In this document: piece after piece, positions 50,411 through 63,947 of the stretch | Layout: every line of letters begins with the position of its first letter | How positions within the stretch are numbered: the first letter of the stretch is position 1 | DNA from: Octopus bimaculoides | Taxonomy: Eukaryota | Direction of reading: 5' to 3' | DNA: 63,990 nucleotides | Assembly (NCBI RefSeq): GCF_001194135.2 | Contig: NC_068991.1 | Coordinates: 75,422,625 to 75,486,614, forward strand | Notes under the pieces: model-generated | What the model saw: only the letters and a program-made list of their open reading frames with translations | What the model was told of the DNA's origin: nothing | The model's database searches: none | Translations under genes and position numbers: made by a program

Positions 50411-50884
50411 AAGCTTTGTGAGGTGTAAAAAGGTTGTGAAGTAAAACATTTGTGCGAATGTAAATAAAAATATTTCTAAAAATAAGATGACGGATGCTAT
50501 ATCGGATAAGAGAAAGGAATAAAGACTTAAAATTCAAGTTAAATCAAGTTAACCATTAAAAAATAACCATTTAGATAAACATTTGGATTCTTGATTATTA
50601 AAGATAGTTAAATAATTAAAAATAAGGTGAATCTATATATGTAGAACGTTAGTGGGAACAGTCTAAAAATTCACATGATATGTATAAATTATAATTTACA
50701 ATGATTGCTAACTTATAACTTATATATAGAAGATTAATAGGTTCGAATACGACGCCAAGCCCGTGAATTACTAAGATGTGAAAGTATAAATAATTTTACG
50801 CTTAAATTTTAAGTTGATCAAATCGAACTAAAGTGGAAAAATTTTTTAAAATATTTTATTAAGGCAAATCGATGTTCATAAGTT

Positions 50885-51480
50885 CAGATTCTATCCTATC
50901 AACTTTTTAAAAAGCTTAAACGTAACTAAATACTTATGCCTACATATAATTAAAACGTCCGAGATTTTATTAATTAAAATTTTCTTGTCTGTACGAAGCA
51001 TACCAATTGCTTCCTTTGTACATAACTTACATCTTCCCGTATACGTTCTATCTGGGTCGGTTTCCGATATGATTGACCATTCTAATCTAAATTCCTTATT
51101 CCGCATTTTTAGTTCATTCATATACGTAGCCAGCGTCGCTGCATTTTTTGTTCCTGGGATTGAGATTGAGCTGATGTGTCCTCTATATCTCGTTTTAAAG
51201 TCCCTAATACACCCTATGTATACTTTCTGAGGTTAATTGGAAGTTAAAACCTCAGTTTCGTATACCACGTTTTTCCTTAAGCAGGAACCCCTTAATGGAC
51301 ATAAATTGCGGTTCCGAAAATTTCAGGCTTTATTCGGGTTACTCATCCCTGTGCATTCTTTATATTATTATTAATAATACTAGTTAAGGGGCCGCCCATA
51401 TTCTCGTTATTCCCAAGCTTAGATTTATTATTCCCTGCGACTATCGATCCTAAATTTAGTGTTGCTGGGTATGAAAGTTT
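50885..51480 (-). mobile_element. Penelope-like element GIY-YIG endonuclease fragment, decayed
   Basis: KLSY...NLGSIVAGNNK; CPLRGSCLRKNVVYETEV...KVYIG...FKTRYRGH...LATYMNELK...F.LEWSI...CKLCTKE...LINKISD...CRH. Confidence 0.85.
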
Positions 51481-52134
51481 TACACGCAGACAGAGGAAAG
51501 TCTTATGATCCAACCCACGTTATAACATGAATGTAGCTAAAGAAAGATTTACTGAAAAGACAAATCCAAGAGAAACACTCTCCCAAAGATGCCAAGCTAG
51601 AGTAACATCCTTTGACTCATTCATTCATTATTTCAGTCACGCGAATTTACGAGAAATCCCATGAACGAAGCGAGACTGTTTTCCAACATGGAGGCGAACA
51701 CCTTTCCTCATGTGATCGCCTTGTTAAGACGCTAAGATATTTTCCTACTTTTCTGAACATGAAACCAATGGTAGCCTTAATTCACAAATAAAGAAATTAT
51801 ATATCCTCCAACGTGGATTTGAGTATATATATATCTATATATGTATGTGTGTGTATGTGTGTGCGTATATGTATCTACCCCACCCTCAGCCTAACCCACA
51901 CTCCACCCATGCCTTCCCCACCTCCCAACACCCTCACATCACACCACACCAATACCCTCGCATCACACCACGCACACACTACAACTGACCAACTACTTTC
52001 TCCCTTTCTCCCTTCCCCATTTTCACACTACATACGTCAAGATCACCAGCATTCTACCTCCCACACACAGCCCCTCGTTCCCGATCACCGTTTGTTATCT
52101 CCCCCTTTCTTAGCTCTCCTGAAAAAAGAATTTC

Positions 52135-52340
52135 TAACTTCCGGTCAGTCATTGTTATGATCGGCCATTATTATGATTGACCGTTGACTGAACACTATTC
52201 AATTTTTTTTCTCCGTGTTTTTCTCCTTGTCTCCGTATTCTTTCTGTTGAAGAGCGTAGCTCGAAACGTCAAAGACTTTCCGTATTCCCGAGCATCATAC
52301 TAATATATCCTTTTGTTATTTACACCACCTGTCCTCGTCT
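52135..52340 (+). mobile_element. Penelope-associated short repeat: hairpin plus hammerhead-like motif (52239-52275)
   Basis: ggtcagtcat...atgattgacc hairpin; tcttt-ctg-TTGAAGA-gcgtagctc-GAAAC-GTC-aaaga. Confidence 0.55.
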
Positions 52341-53125
52341 GTTGTTATTATTTGTATATTCTCCCATATATATACATATGTATATATATATATATATATT
52401 TATATATAAATAGCTGTGCATGTATGCGCGCGTGTGTGTATGTGTGTTTGTGTGCATGTGTGTGTATGTGTGTTTGTGTGCATTTAGATTTATCTAGATG
52501 TATACATACATACATATCTGTATATCTATCTATATATATTTTTATCTTTCTATATTTGTACGTGCATATGTCGATCGGTCTGATATTTTCGTCTCCGTCT
52601 GATAATTCGTCCGATTTTCTTTTTTATAAATATCAAGTTTTAAGTATTAGAGAAACAATACTTTAAAAATCTATGCGAAACAATATGTTCTATATTGAGA
52701 ATGACCAAATGACCTGGAGAAAGAGACACAGCAGAATTGAGAATGTGTTGGGGGAGGAAAAGAGAAGCGATAGAGACTGGAAAACTCGATTAGAGAGGAA
52801 GACTCGATTCTGGTGGCAGCAATTGGACATAAAAGATACACTCCTCTATTATAACATGTTCTCTTATTTCTAGATTAGTTGTATCAATAACATCAGATCA
52901 CCTCTTATTGTTGTTTTCACACTCCCATCTTATTGTTTGAAATATTGTATATTTAAGACTCCTCTACACAATGAATCAATTACTTTTAAAGGCTGTTTTT
53001 GTGGTTTGAGTAAGATTTTAGTGTCGCCTATTTCCAGTCAGGTCTGAACGAGCAGACATGTACGCACGCATACAGAAACACACGAGCACATAAATAAGAG
53101 ACACACAGACCATTCTATGTGTGTG

Positions 53126-53185
<60 letters not shown>

Positions 53186-53186
<1 letters not shown>

Positions 53187-53325
53187 GAGGGGGTGCTGAA
53201 AAGTCTCTGGCTTTGAGTAAAAAAAAATACAGGAGGATCTGTTAATTATGGTTTTACTCAACATATCGTCCTTTCACATTCACACACTTACTGCAGCAGT
53301 CCTTCAGTTTCTCCAAACTCTCTAA
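53186..53325 (+). mobile_element. Mariner-type MITE, left part
   Basis: cgagggggtgctgaaaagtctctggc; interior matches the 25359 MITE. Confidence 0.8.
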
Positions 53326-53477
53326 ACGAACTCCGCCCACGTTCCTAATACACAATCTATAATTACTACTTCTATCTATCTGTGATTGTTGCTATTTCAT
53401 CTTGGTTGTTATTACTGGACCATGAATGCAGACCCGAACAATAACATCGATCAGTTTCAAGAACAAGCATTATATTC

Positions 53478-53697
53478 TTTTCTACTTTAGTCACAAGGCC
53501 TGAAATTTTTTGGGGAGGGGGGCTAGTCGATCAGATTGAACCCTGCGCAACTGGTACTTAATTTATCGGCCCCGAAACGATAAAAGGCAAAGTCGATTTT
53601 CGACTGAATTTGAACTCAGAACGTAAAGATAGAGGAAATACCGGTAAGTATTTCGCCCGGTGTGCTAACGTTTCTGCCAGCTTCCCTCGCCGTTTTA
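53478..53697 (-). mobile_element. SINE family A
   Basis: ttttctactttagtcacaaggcc...gctaacgtttctgccagct. Confidence 0.85.
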
Positions 53698-53859
53698 AGC
53701 AAGGCCATTATATTACCATATCGACAATAACAACGCTACAGTTATACATTTTACTACTGTTCTTATTATCGTTATTACTATTATTATTATCATTTATAAC
53801 ATCATTAGCAGCATAGTCACATTACAGTTATCACATGAGTTGATTTATTAATGTAACTG

Positions 53860-53907
<48 letters not shown>

Positions 53908-54261
53908 AAAAACGAATAGAAATGTCTTTTATGATAATTTTTCCACTTTATTAATTAGATGTTTATAAGTTTACAAAAGTTAACTGTGATAGGAATTTCT
54001 CACTTAAAAGCGGATTTCAAACTGATATTTTCGAGTTTGTTCATTGTTTAAACAGGGAGTGCTTAATTACAAACACACATACCAACACTGCCCCCCCCCA
54101 CACATAAACACATATACAGGAACCCATACATAACCACATATATAGAGAGACGTACACACACATTCATATACACAGATAAACACATAAACACACACAAAAG
54201 CAGAGCACCTTACACATACATACACACAGAGACACAAACACACTTATATTTATACATATAT

Positions 54262-54299
<38 letters not shown>

Positions 54300-54502
54300 A
54301 CACACACACACAAAAGGAAGAAAGAAAGAGAGAAAGAGAAGTAAGTGGATGAAGAATAAAGAAATGGAATTTTTAGGTGTGGTCATTCTGGTGTGAAATG
54401 GTTCTGTAAAACTCTGTTAATGACAAAAGTACCTGCCAGCAAATCTATTTACCGATATGGTCACAAACATCTAATTCTCATAAATGGTGTACACATATAC
54501 GT

Positions 54503-54830
54503 GGAGGCGCAATGGTGGTCATAGGATAGCGGTTTCGATTCCCAGACCGGGTGTTGTGTGTGTTTATTGAGCGAAAACACTCAAAGCTCCACGAGGCTTC
54601 GATAGGGGCTGGTAGCGAACCATGCTGCAATTTTCTCTCACTTTTTCTTCCTGTTTCTGTTGCACCTGTATTTCAAAGGGCCAGCCTTTTCACGCTGAAT
54701 CTCCCAGAGAACTACATTAAGAGTACATGGGTCTGTGGAGTGTTCAGCCACTTGCACGTTAATTTCACGAGCAGGCTGTTCCGCTGATCGGATCAACTGG
54801 AACCCATGTCGTCGTAACCGACGAAGTGCC
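54503..54830 (+). mobile_element. SINE family C, tail variant 2
   Basis: ggaggcgcaatgg...ggtttcgattcccagaccggg...cacttgcacgttaatttcacgagcaggctgttcc...gtaaccgacgaagtgcc. Confidence 0.9.
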
Positions 54831-54834
54831 GTAG

Positions 54835-54874
<40 letters not shown>

Positions 54875-54951
54875 GCAAACACACACACACACGCACACAC
54901 ACAATTAAAACATCATAACACAATTAAAACATTATAATGGAGAATTACATA

Positions 54952-55150
54952 TTCTTATATCTTTACTTGTTTCCGTCATTTCACTGTGGCCATGCTGGAG
55001 CACCGCCTTTTGTCGAACAAATTGACCCCAGGACTTATTCTTTGTAAGCGTAGTACTTATTCTATCGGTCTCTTTAGCCGAACTGTTACGTTACGGGGAC
55101 GTAAACACACCAACATTGGTTGTCAAGTGATGGTGGGGGAAGATACACAA
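54952..55150 (-). mobile_element. SINE family B 3' half
   Basis: tctttacttgtttccgtcatt...ggacgtaaacacaccaacattggttgtcaag. Confidence 0.85.
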
Positions 55151-55555
55151 ATACATACATTCATACATATATATACATACATATCATCCAGAATAACTTC
55201 TAAAAAGATGAACTCTACTAATTGCTTCTATTGAAGCTGTTATAGCTCGTCTCTGGTGATGGGATATCATTTATTTCCCTGAAACAGCTGTAAGACCACT
55301 TTTCTACTTATAAATGTCCTAGGAATACTAAAATGGGATACGTTTATGAAAATGTTGCTTTAGCATCTTCTGGTGCTAAATTTTAATCAATCGATAATGA
55401 AGACACTAAAAATTAAAAAAATGTACGTGCAAGGTTTAAAAAGCAAAATATATCAACGCTTAGACGAATACAGAAGCCTTTCATAATCGCTTTCTCACGT
55501 CCACACTGTTTTAGTATTCTGTCTGTCTCTCTCTCACTATATATATCTCTGTCAG

Positions 55556-55587
<32 letters not shown>

Positions 55588-56849
55588 NNNNNNNNNNNNN
55601 NNNNNNNNNNNNNNNNNNNNNNNNNNNNNNNNNNNNNNNNNNNNNNNNNNNNNNNNNNNNNNNNNNNNNNNNNNNNNNNNNNNNNNNNNNNNNNNNNNNN
55701 NNNNNNNNNNNNNNNNNNNNNNNNNNNNNNNNNNNNNNNNNNNNNNNNNNNNNNNNNNNNNNNNNNNNNNNNNNNNNNNNNNNNNNNNNNNNNNNNNNNN
55801 NNNNNNNNNNNNNNNNATATATATATATATATATATATACCTATATAAGAAGACATAGAAAATCTCTAATGTTTAATTTTCTTTGTCTTATTATTTGGAT
55901 TATTTACTTTTCGCCAAAACCGCTTTACAGTGTAATTGTCGTGAAACTTGGATTTTCTAGCCCAGTATTTGGTTCAAGTACTTTTCTGGAAACACCCTAA
56001 ATATACACCCTACCTGACCCTAGACTTATACATGTGTATATGTGCATATATATATATTTATATATATTCTTTATTTTACAATATAAAAAACATGTTAGAG
56101 CTTAGCTCCTTTCCGTTTCAAGTTCCCAAAACCATCGGCATTTTTCAGTCTCATCTGACAAGTGATCTGTAATAGAAATAATGATAATGTTTGTAAGGAA
56201 AACTCTTGAAATCTTTGTTTATTCCTTTTGACTGTTCTGGGAGAAAAATCTTTTAAAATGTTGTTGATAATAATTGTGATCACAGACATAGCTCTACCCC
56301 CACCCACCCACACACAAAGTTCAAAGAACTGCAGCTTTTACGTTGGTATTTCTGAGCTTTTATAGATTAACAAAAACCATTAGTTTTCGATAAACGTTAA
56401 AACATTTGGATAAACGCAAAAGCATAATTTGATAATGAGCAGTGCCGTAACATTAACAATCATTTATCAATAAAATATAGTCTTCTATTTATTGCAAGAT
56501 TTTAATGTGATATGTAATCACGGCTTAGCAAAATACAACATAATATATCGTTAAATAACTTACATTCTTCTCGATGGAATTTTTCAAATTGCATATAATA
56601 TACTTGCTTTTGGACGTTCCAATTATTCTTTAGTTTTTCGTTCCTCTTGCAAAACCACACATAATTCTATACTATTAAAATTAGACATATTTTTTAAGAT
56701 ACCAATTCCAATTCTATCACTGATGATTGTTCATGTAGCATATGAAACATACAGATTATAAAGTCTCGCGTAAGGAATTCCTATTATAATATACGTACAT
56801 ATAGGTTATATGTTTTCTATATATATGTTTTCTACTATACTTAGATTTT

Positions 56850-57030
<181 letters not shown>

Positions 57031-57369
57031 ATAAAATAGGGAGAGAAATCTTCAGGCAGGTCTTACCAGGCCAGACAGGTCGAAGGATAAGAAACAGACA
57101 AGACCTTAACGACAATAAATCGAAGCGTCAGCAGCAGGGTGTGGATTTAGTTATCGGCAGGACCTAAAATATCAGATTCCTGGCTTTGAACTCACAGGAT
57201 GTCATGCAGAGGATCTTGAATATAAGACAATGGATGAGATCCTAATATTCCTAGTTAGATGGAAACCGCGGGACCACATGGAGCAGCGCCCCGTGTCTCC
57301 TATAGTATGCGCAACCGAAACCTCTAGGCAATAATATCGTTTAGGTTTAATCGCTTTGAATGGAACATA

Positions 57370-58195
57370 CAAGGTCTGATCAATAAGTATCCGGACTGTT
57401 GCCATAGTAACGAAGCTAAAGCACGCAGAATGAAGCCGCTTGGCACAGATTGACCTTGAACTCTGCTGTGCATGCGCACTAAGCTTTAACTTTCTGGTTC
57501 ATTTCTGTGCTTAGTGCTTAGCTGGAAGGTGTGTAGCGTGTGATCATCGCATTGACCACGATAGAGAAAGCTGTCATGGTAATACCTTCTCAGTGGTCTA
57601 CGCAAGATTGCAGAAAGTGTTTGGAGAGGAGTGTATGAGCCGCACATAAGTGTACGAGTGGTTCAGATGTTTCCAATATGGACGAAAAAATGTTGATATT
57701 AACGAACGTTCTGGGAGACCCGCAACCAGCAAAACTAAGAAAAAAGATCGTAGACATGTGTGTAGGTGTTAGGGGAAATCGTCGAATAACCATCTGTGAG
57801 TTATCAGAGGATTTGTAGATTAATCACGGTTCAGTTCTGTCCATTATATCTGAAGATTTGGGTATGAGACTTGTGTCAAAACTGCTTTCAGTTGCACGAA
57901 ATCTCCTTGTCTGTGTCGAGAACGATGAAAACCTTTTGCAAACTTTGCGTAGGACTCTGAGCAGGTATCGCTAAGCTTTTGGCAAAATTTGATGCAGATT
58001 TTCTGTTCAACTTTCTCTGTCATGGTCAATGCGACAATCACACGTTACACACTTTCCTTCCAAGCACTGCTGTAAAGAGCGGAAGTGAGTTAGAACGTTA
58101 AACGTTAGTGCGCTTGCACATCAGCGTTCATAGTCAATCTGTCCCAAGCGGTTTCACTCTGCGTGCTTTAGCTTCGTTACCATGGCAACAGTCCG
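57370..58195. mobile_element. Mariner derivative made of two inward-facing 5' ends
   Basis: Left TA-caaggtctgatcaataagtatccgg; arms about 57391-57570 and 58010-58195 are inverted; transposase N-terminus on + (LQKVFGEECMSR..VYEWF...ERSGRP) and on - (MTEKVEQKICIKFCQKL). Confidence 0.88.
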
Positions 58196-58769
58196 AGCAA
58201 TATACGTTATTATCAAAAGCGTATATTGCAAATAATACGTAATTATAGTTATTATTAAAAAGGACCCATGCATGTCGCTCTTATCCTTAATTTACAGCCT
58301 TCGGGTTCGTTTCTAAATTTACACACACAACACACGCACGCACACACACACATATATAAATGGTATATATTTGTATATATGCATAGACACGTTCATGCAT
58401 ACATGTTTATATCTGTGTGTACACATACATATTTATTTAAATAAGTACCTATGATTGATTCTATGCATAAATATATACTTCTAAGCCTACGTAATTACGT
58501 ATTGATTTACACGCACTTATGTCTTGATATGCAATCGCACTGTTCCCTTCTAAGTGAATAAGTGCACAGCCAATCACACACTGATGTATTTACATAGAAG
58601 TACAGACACACACTCAATCGAAGGTCAACAAGTACATATTTAATACATGCTTATCGAGTTACGGCTGCAGAGCTATATTCTACTTAAACATTTTAGCGCG
58701 AACATCCTTACACATATACACATGCACGCACGCTTATACATATTCCATCTCGCACATATATGTGTATAT

Positions 58770-58831
<62 letters not shown>

Positions 58832-59180
58832 GCGTGTGTGTGTGTACGTGCGTGTGTTCACGTATCTTCCTAAGATTGAATCTATGTATAAATGTATGCA
58901 TCCATACAGGTGTAAAGATGTATGGTTGCATGTTCTCGAGGATTTGCGTACGCTGTATACCTCTTCTGCAGGTCAATAAGTACAAATTTCACTCTCCGTG
59001 TGTGCATCTGTATATATATATATATATATATAAACACATACATACATTCATATATATATATATACATAAATATATATATATTCATATACATATATATGTG
59101 TCTGTATCAATATTTATATGTGTGTGTGTGTGCCTCTGTGTGTGTGTGTCTGTGTGTGTGTGTGTGTCTGTGTGTGCATA
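58770..59180. repeat. (TG)n/(TA)n microsatellites
   Basis: Seen directly. Confidence 0.92.
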
Positions 59181-59616
59181 GATATGCATATACATTTGTA
59201 GGCGCAAGGTGTGTATACGTTCATGTGAACCTGTGTCAGCGTGTGTCGTATGTTTGCGTTCCGAGATAAAAGCTCCTTCCAGACGAACGTCGAGGAAACC
59301 CAATTTAATTTCAATCACGTACATCTACAATATTTGCAGAAATTTCTCCAGAGGAATGTTATTTCTTTAATCAGTAACTCCCTTGATGATCGAAAAGAAC
59401 CTGTGACCTTCTTCATGGAATGCTTTTAGAATATTCTTAAGAAAAACTTCAGGTAAAGTATCGCTACTTTGAAAAGAAGTTTTTGAAGAAATGGTCAGTT
59501 TTACATCTTCCGTTCTTCTGTTTCTTAAAAGTATATTTGGCTCACCTTCCTCACAATAATGTCTAAGATGGCGACTAATGATTTTCTGCATGTGTGTATT
59601 CTTAGATTACAATATT

Positions 59617-59621
59617 GCTGC

Positions 59622-59697
<76 letters not shown>

Positions 59698-60411
59698 CTT
59701 CTTCTTCTTCTTCTTCTTCTTCTTCTTCTTCTTCTTCTTCTTCTTCTTCTTCTTCTTCTTCTTCTTCTTCTTCTTCTTCTTCNNNNNNNNNNNNNNNNNN
59801 NNNNNNNNNNNNNNNNNNNNNNNNNNNNNNNNNNNNNNNNNNNNNNNNNNNNNNNNNNNNNNNNNNNNNNNNNNNNNNNNNNNNNNNNNNNNNNNNNNNN
59901 NNNNNNNNNNNNNNNNNNNNNNNNNNNNNNNNNNNNNNNNNNNNNNNNNNNNNNNNNNNNNNNNNNNNNNNNNNNNNNNNNNNNNNNNNNNNNNNNNNNN
60001 NNNNNNNNNNNNNNNNNNNNNNNNNNNNNNNNNNNNNNNNNNNNNNNNNNNNNNNNNNNNNNNNNNNNNNNNNNNNNNNNNNNNNNNNNNNNNNNNNNNN
60101 NNNNNNNNNNNNNNNNNNNNNNNNNNNNNNNNNNNNNNNNNNNNNNNNNNNNNNNNNNNNNNNNNNNNNNNNNNNNNNNNNNNNNNNNNNNNNNNNNNNN
60201 NNNNNNNNNNNNNNNNNNCACCATCATGATCACCACCACCAACACCACCACCATAATCATCGATCATCACCATCACCACCAACAACAACAACAACACCAC
60301 CACCACCATCATCATCGACCACCACCACCAACACCAACAACAACAACAACACCACCACCATCATCATCGACCACCACCACCACCACCACCACCACCATCA
60401 TTCACTTGGCC
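59617..60411. repeat. (GTT)n to (CTT)n, gap, then (CAC/CAT/CAA)n trinucleotide block
   Basis: Seen directly; N-gap 59783-60218. Confidence 0.95.
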
Positions 60412-61200
60412 TTAGTTCATGCATTCATTGTGTTACCGAAGCAGCTCTCTCTACTTTGTTTTACGTCCTGTGTTTTTGCATTACTTCTGTGACATTTTGT
60501 TTATTGAAAGTGTTCTATATATTATGTATCCAGTGCCTGAAAGCGTTATGTTTTATAAGTTGTGTATATGTGCATAGGCTGGTGTTTTATTTACGTATTT
60601 GACGGAATTTTCTGTTATCATTGCCAAGGCAATAAATTATGGAGCCTTCATCTTTTCACTTCCAAAATTCCGGCCATCTCTATTTTTTGATGCTTATATC
60701 TGAATAATGTCTCGATTTCGTTTAGTGGCGCATTACCGTCAGTTGAAACTCATAAATCAATGATAAAGCATTTCGTTTCCTGATGTTCTTGATGACAATG
60801 TCCAGCCGATTAACCTTGATCTCCCGATCAATGTAGATTAGTATATTTGAGAGAATGGCACCGTTGAAATTTTCTGCGATCTTTTGTATACTTATCCCAA
60901 CTAGTTTTGCAGTGAGATTTTAAAATTTCTGGCATAATTTCCAGTGTATAAAACCCCCAGATACCTTCTTGTAGGTGTATCCTCCCTTCGCTGGTATTCA
61001 AATATTTAAAGGATCATAAATATTTCTTTTGCAATGATTGTCGTTGATGCAAGAATGATTTTGTTTAACCTCCTGGTGATATTGATCTTCATGCCTCTTT
61101 TAATTAAGATGTGAATGGCCAGCATTACGTTATTTTCCATATTTTGTTGCTATTTCACAATTGGCGTTCATCCTTGGAGGTTGCTTTTATTACGCTACAG
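60412..61200 (-). mobile_element. Decayed LINE 3' end with a restriction-like endonuclease (R4/Dong/NeSL-type)
   Basis: FIHWKLCQKF, IDREIKVNRLDIVIK (TDR..ANRPDIV motif), ending KYVNKTP...GT..I; 3' end runs into the trinucleotide block. Confidence 0.7.
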
Positions 61201-61517
61201 GCAACTCTTTTTGAATATTGTTTTAAAAATTATTTTCATGATTTTGTTATTGAAATAATCATTTCTATCTTCAGAATCGAATTTTCTTAAATATTCTTTA
61301 TGCTCCTTTCTATTCATATTCTCGTTTGTTTAGGTTCATTTTTTGTTGATTAGCATTCTGTAATTTGGTTTTCTGTTTTATTATTCACTTTGCTAGCTTT
61401 GCACGTGTTGGATCTATCTTCATACCTTCCGTTTTAAATATTTTCTATTTTCGTTGTTTATTACTGTTCGTTGTGTTTTGTTTTATATGCTTTCTTTTAG
61501 ATGTTATGTTTCGGTGT

Positions 61518-61882
61518 TGACCCAGTAGTTAGGGAGGCAGAATCGCAGTCGTGGGTCGCAGTTTCGATTCCCAGACCGGGCGTTGTGAGTGTTTATTGAG
61601 CAAAAACACCTAAAGCTCCACGAAGCTCCGGCAGGAGTGGGTGGCGAACCCTGCTTTACTATTTCATCACAACTTTCTCTCTTTCTTCCTGTTTCTGTTG
61701 TATATGTATTTCAAAGTGCCAGCCTTGTCATACTGTGTCACACTGAACTTCTCCGAGAACTACGTTAAGGGTACACGTGTCTGCGGAGTGCTCAGCTACT
61801 TGCACGTTAATTTCACCAGCAGGCTGTTCCGTTGATCGGATCAACTGGAACCCTTGTCGTCGTAACCGATGGAGTGCCACAA
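61518..61882 (+). mobile_element. SINE family C, tail variant 2
   Basis: cccagtagttaggg...gtttcgattcccagaccgggcg...gtaaccgatggagtgccacaa. Confidence 0.9.
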
Positions 61883-63704
61883 TGTTTCGGTGTGTTATTT
61901 TGTGTTATTTCATTTATTTTTTATGGGGTTGGGTGTGCTTTGACAATCTGTTATCTTAAGTGCGACTGTTCGAACTTTGTCTTACGTCTTAAAACAGGAT
62001 TATTTTAGCCCCCAATTTTAATCGAGAATATTGTCGTTCTTTGGATTAAATTGTTGCTGCAAAACATGTATATAAAATAGAAATGTATTCTGCGACCATT
62101 TATACCATTTCTGTTTTATAAACAGGGCTAAAGGATCGACATCTCACCATTCATATACGTTGCTAAGATATCCGTTGGATACCGGTTTACTAGTTTGTGG
62201 TGATGTGAAGTGTTTCACGTTACATTTTCAGTGCTATTTTTTATGCTTCCGATTAAAATCTCACATATCCCTCTTGGAATGAACAGTGAAAATTTTAATT
62301 GATTCATTTATCACTTTTGCATTTGAAGAAGATTGATTTGGTCGAACGCATCATTAGTTTGTTAAGACAGAAAACTGAATCAACCTGATGCTTCATCGGC
62401 TCGTTTACAAGTAGTATTCGAAAGTCGGCCAATACGAACATGTGTAATAGGTTATATGAAGTAAATAGTTTATTGCTTAATCAGTTTTCTCCGAGTCCAT
62501 TTGTTATTTCATTTTTTGGTTTGATTGGTTTATGTCTAATCGTTGATAGAGAATATAGTTGGTACTATTTGAATAACGGACTATGACAATCGCCCTCTAG
62601 TTTCTCGGTCTCTCGTTACGTAAGCGTCCCAGATGTTATCATTGTTGTTGTTGTCAGTGTTGTTGATAATTTTTATTGTTGCATTATGATTTTTTATCGC
62701 ACTATGAGTTTATGATATTTGCTTTCGACTTTACTCAAATGAACCGTTTATATCGCCTGTTAGTGTCTTGCTGTGGACGTGATGACACTGGTGAGTGCGG
62801 AGCCCAATAATTTCCTCATTTCGGCACACATATGGATTAAAAATGCTCTCAAATATACAAAGTCTAAATTCATCTTGTCATTCAACTAGGTTTTACTGAA
62901 TTTAAATAGCGATTGCCATCGGCTTCCCTTCGTATGTAGGAGAAATATTTATCCTCTAAAGAATAACAGATCAGCCATGAAACATTCCAGAACAATCTCT
63001 TCTACTTTTGCATGTGCAGAAAGAATAACAAGACATTAATTCAGTTAATTTCCACAGCGCAGTTGTCATAGCTGTAGGCTGACAACATTAAGTTAGTCTT
63101 ATACTTCCAATACACAGTCTTTGTGCATACATTTTTTTATCATTTATTTATGTTATATTTTGAGAAGTATAGTTTTTAAAATGTTAAAAATATTTACGAA
63201 AGCCTTAAACGTGATAAATAAGCAAATTACATTACACCTCAAATTTTCAACTTCAAAAAATGTTTTCAAAAGCATAATATTTTAATCAAATGTTTGTGTC
63301 TGTCCCCGAAGGGCAACTGAAAAATTTCTCTTTGAAAAGCAGTGAGGGTACTGATTTTTGTTGGCACCTGTCTAACGCTCGCCAGCCAACCTAAATTTTA
63401 AGAGCTATTTTTTGCAGAAATTTTACAAGTTTAATAACTATTTTCATTGTTATTCCACTTGTAGTATCAAAAGAAAAAAAAAAAGACAAACGAACAAACT
63501 AGGATTTGAAATTTTAATCAGCTGAGGGCGGAGAATTCCGCCACCACTTCTGGTTTTAGAGCAAGATATTTCTCGATTGCCCTTCGAGGCTAGACACGTA
63601 CTGATGACGTAAATAATAAAACTTTAGAAGAGGGTTTGTGAAGTCGGAAATTTAAAATATAAGAGTTATTTTTGCAGTATTAAGACTGTCTTACCCCTGT
63701 CTAC

Positions 63705-63710
63705 TTGTCT

Positions 63711-63742
<32 letters not shown>

Positions 63743-63947
63743 CTGTATCTCTCTCCCTCTATATCTCTCTCCCTCTCTATCTCTCTCCCTCTCTATCTCT
63801 CTCCTTCTCTATCTCTCTCCATCACTATCTCTCCCCTCTCTATCTCTCTCCCTCTCTATCTCTCTCCCTCTACATCTCTCTTCCCTTCTCTCTCTCTCTC
63901 TCTTTCCACACACACATATATAAATATATAGACATACACAAACACGC

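Noticed and set aside
62764-62790. 27-nt micro-exon candidate (AG...CTG|GTGAGT); similar donors near 14689, 41870 and 42280
   Set aside because: Such motifs are expected many times by chance in 64 kb, and no recognisable peptide or consistent exon chain emerges.
63552-63562. GTTTTAGAGC, matching the start of the Cas9 repeat/sgRNA scaffold
   Set aside because: A single 10-mer, expected by chance; no array or tracrRNA.
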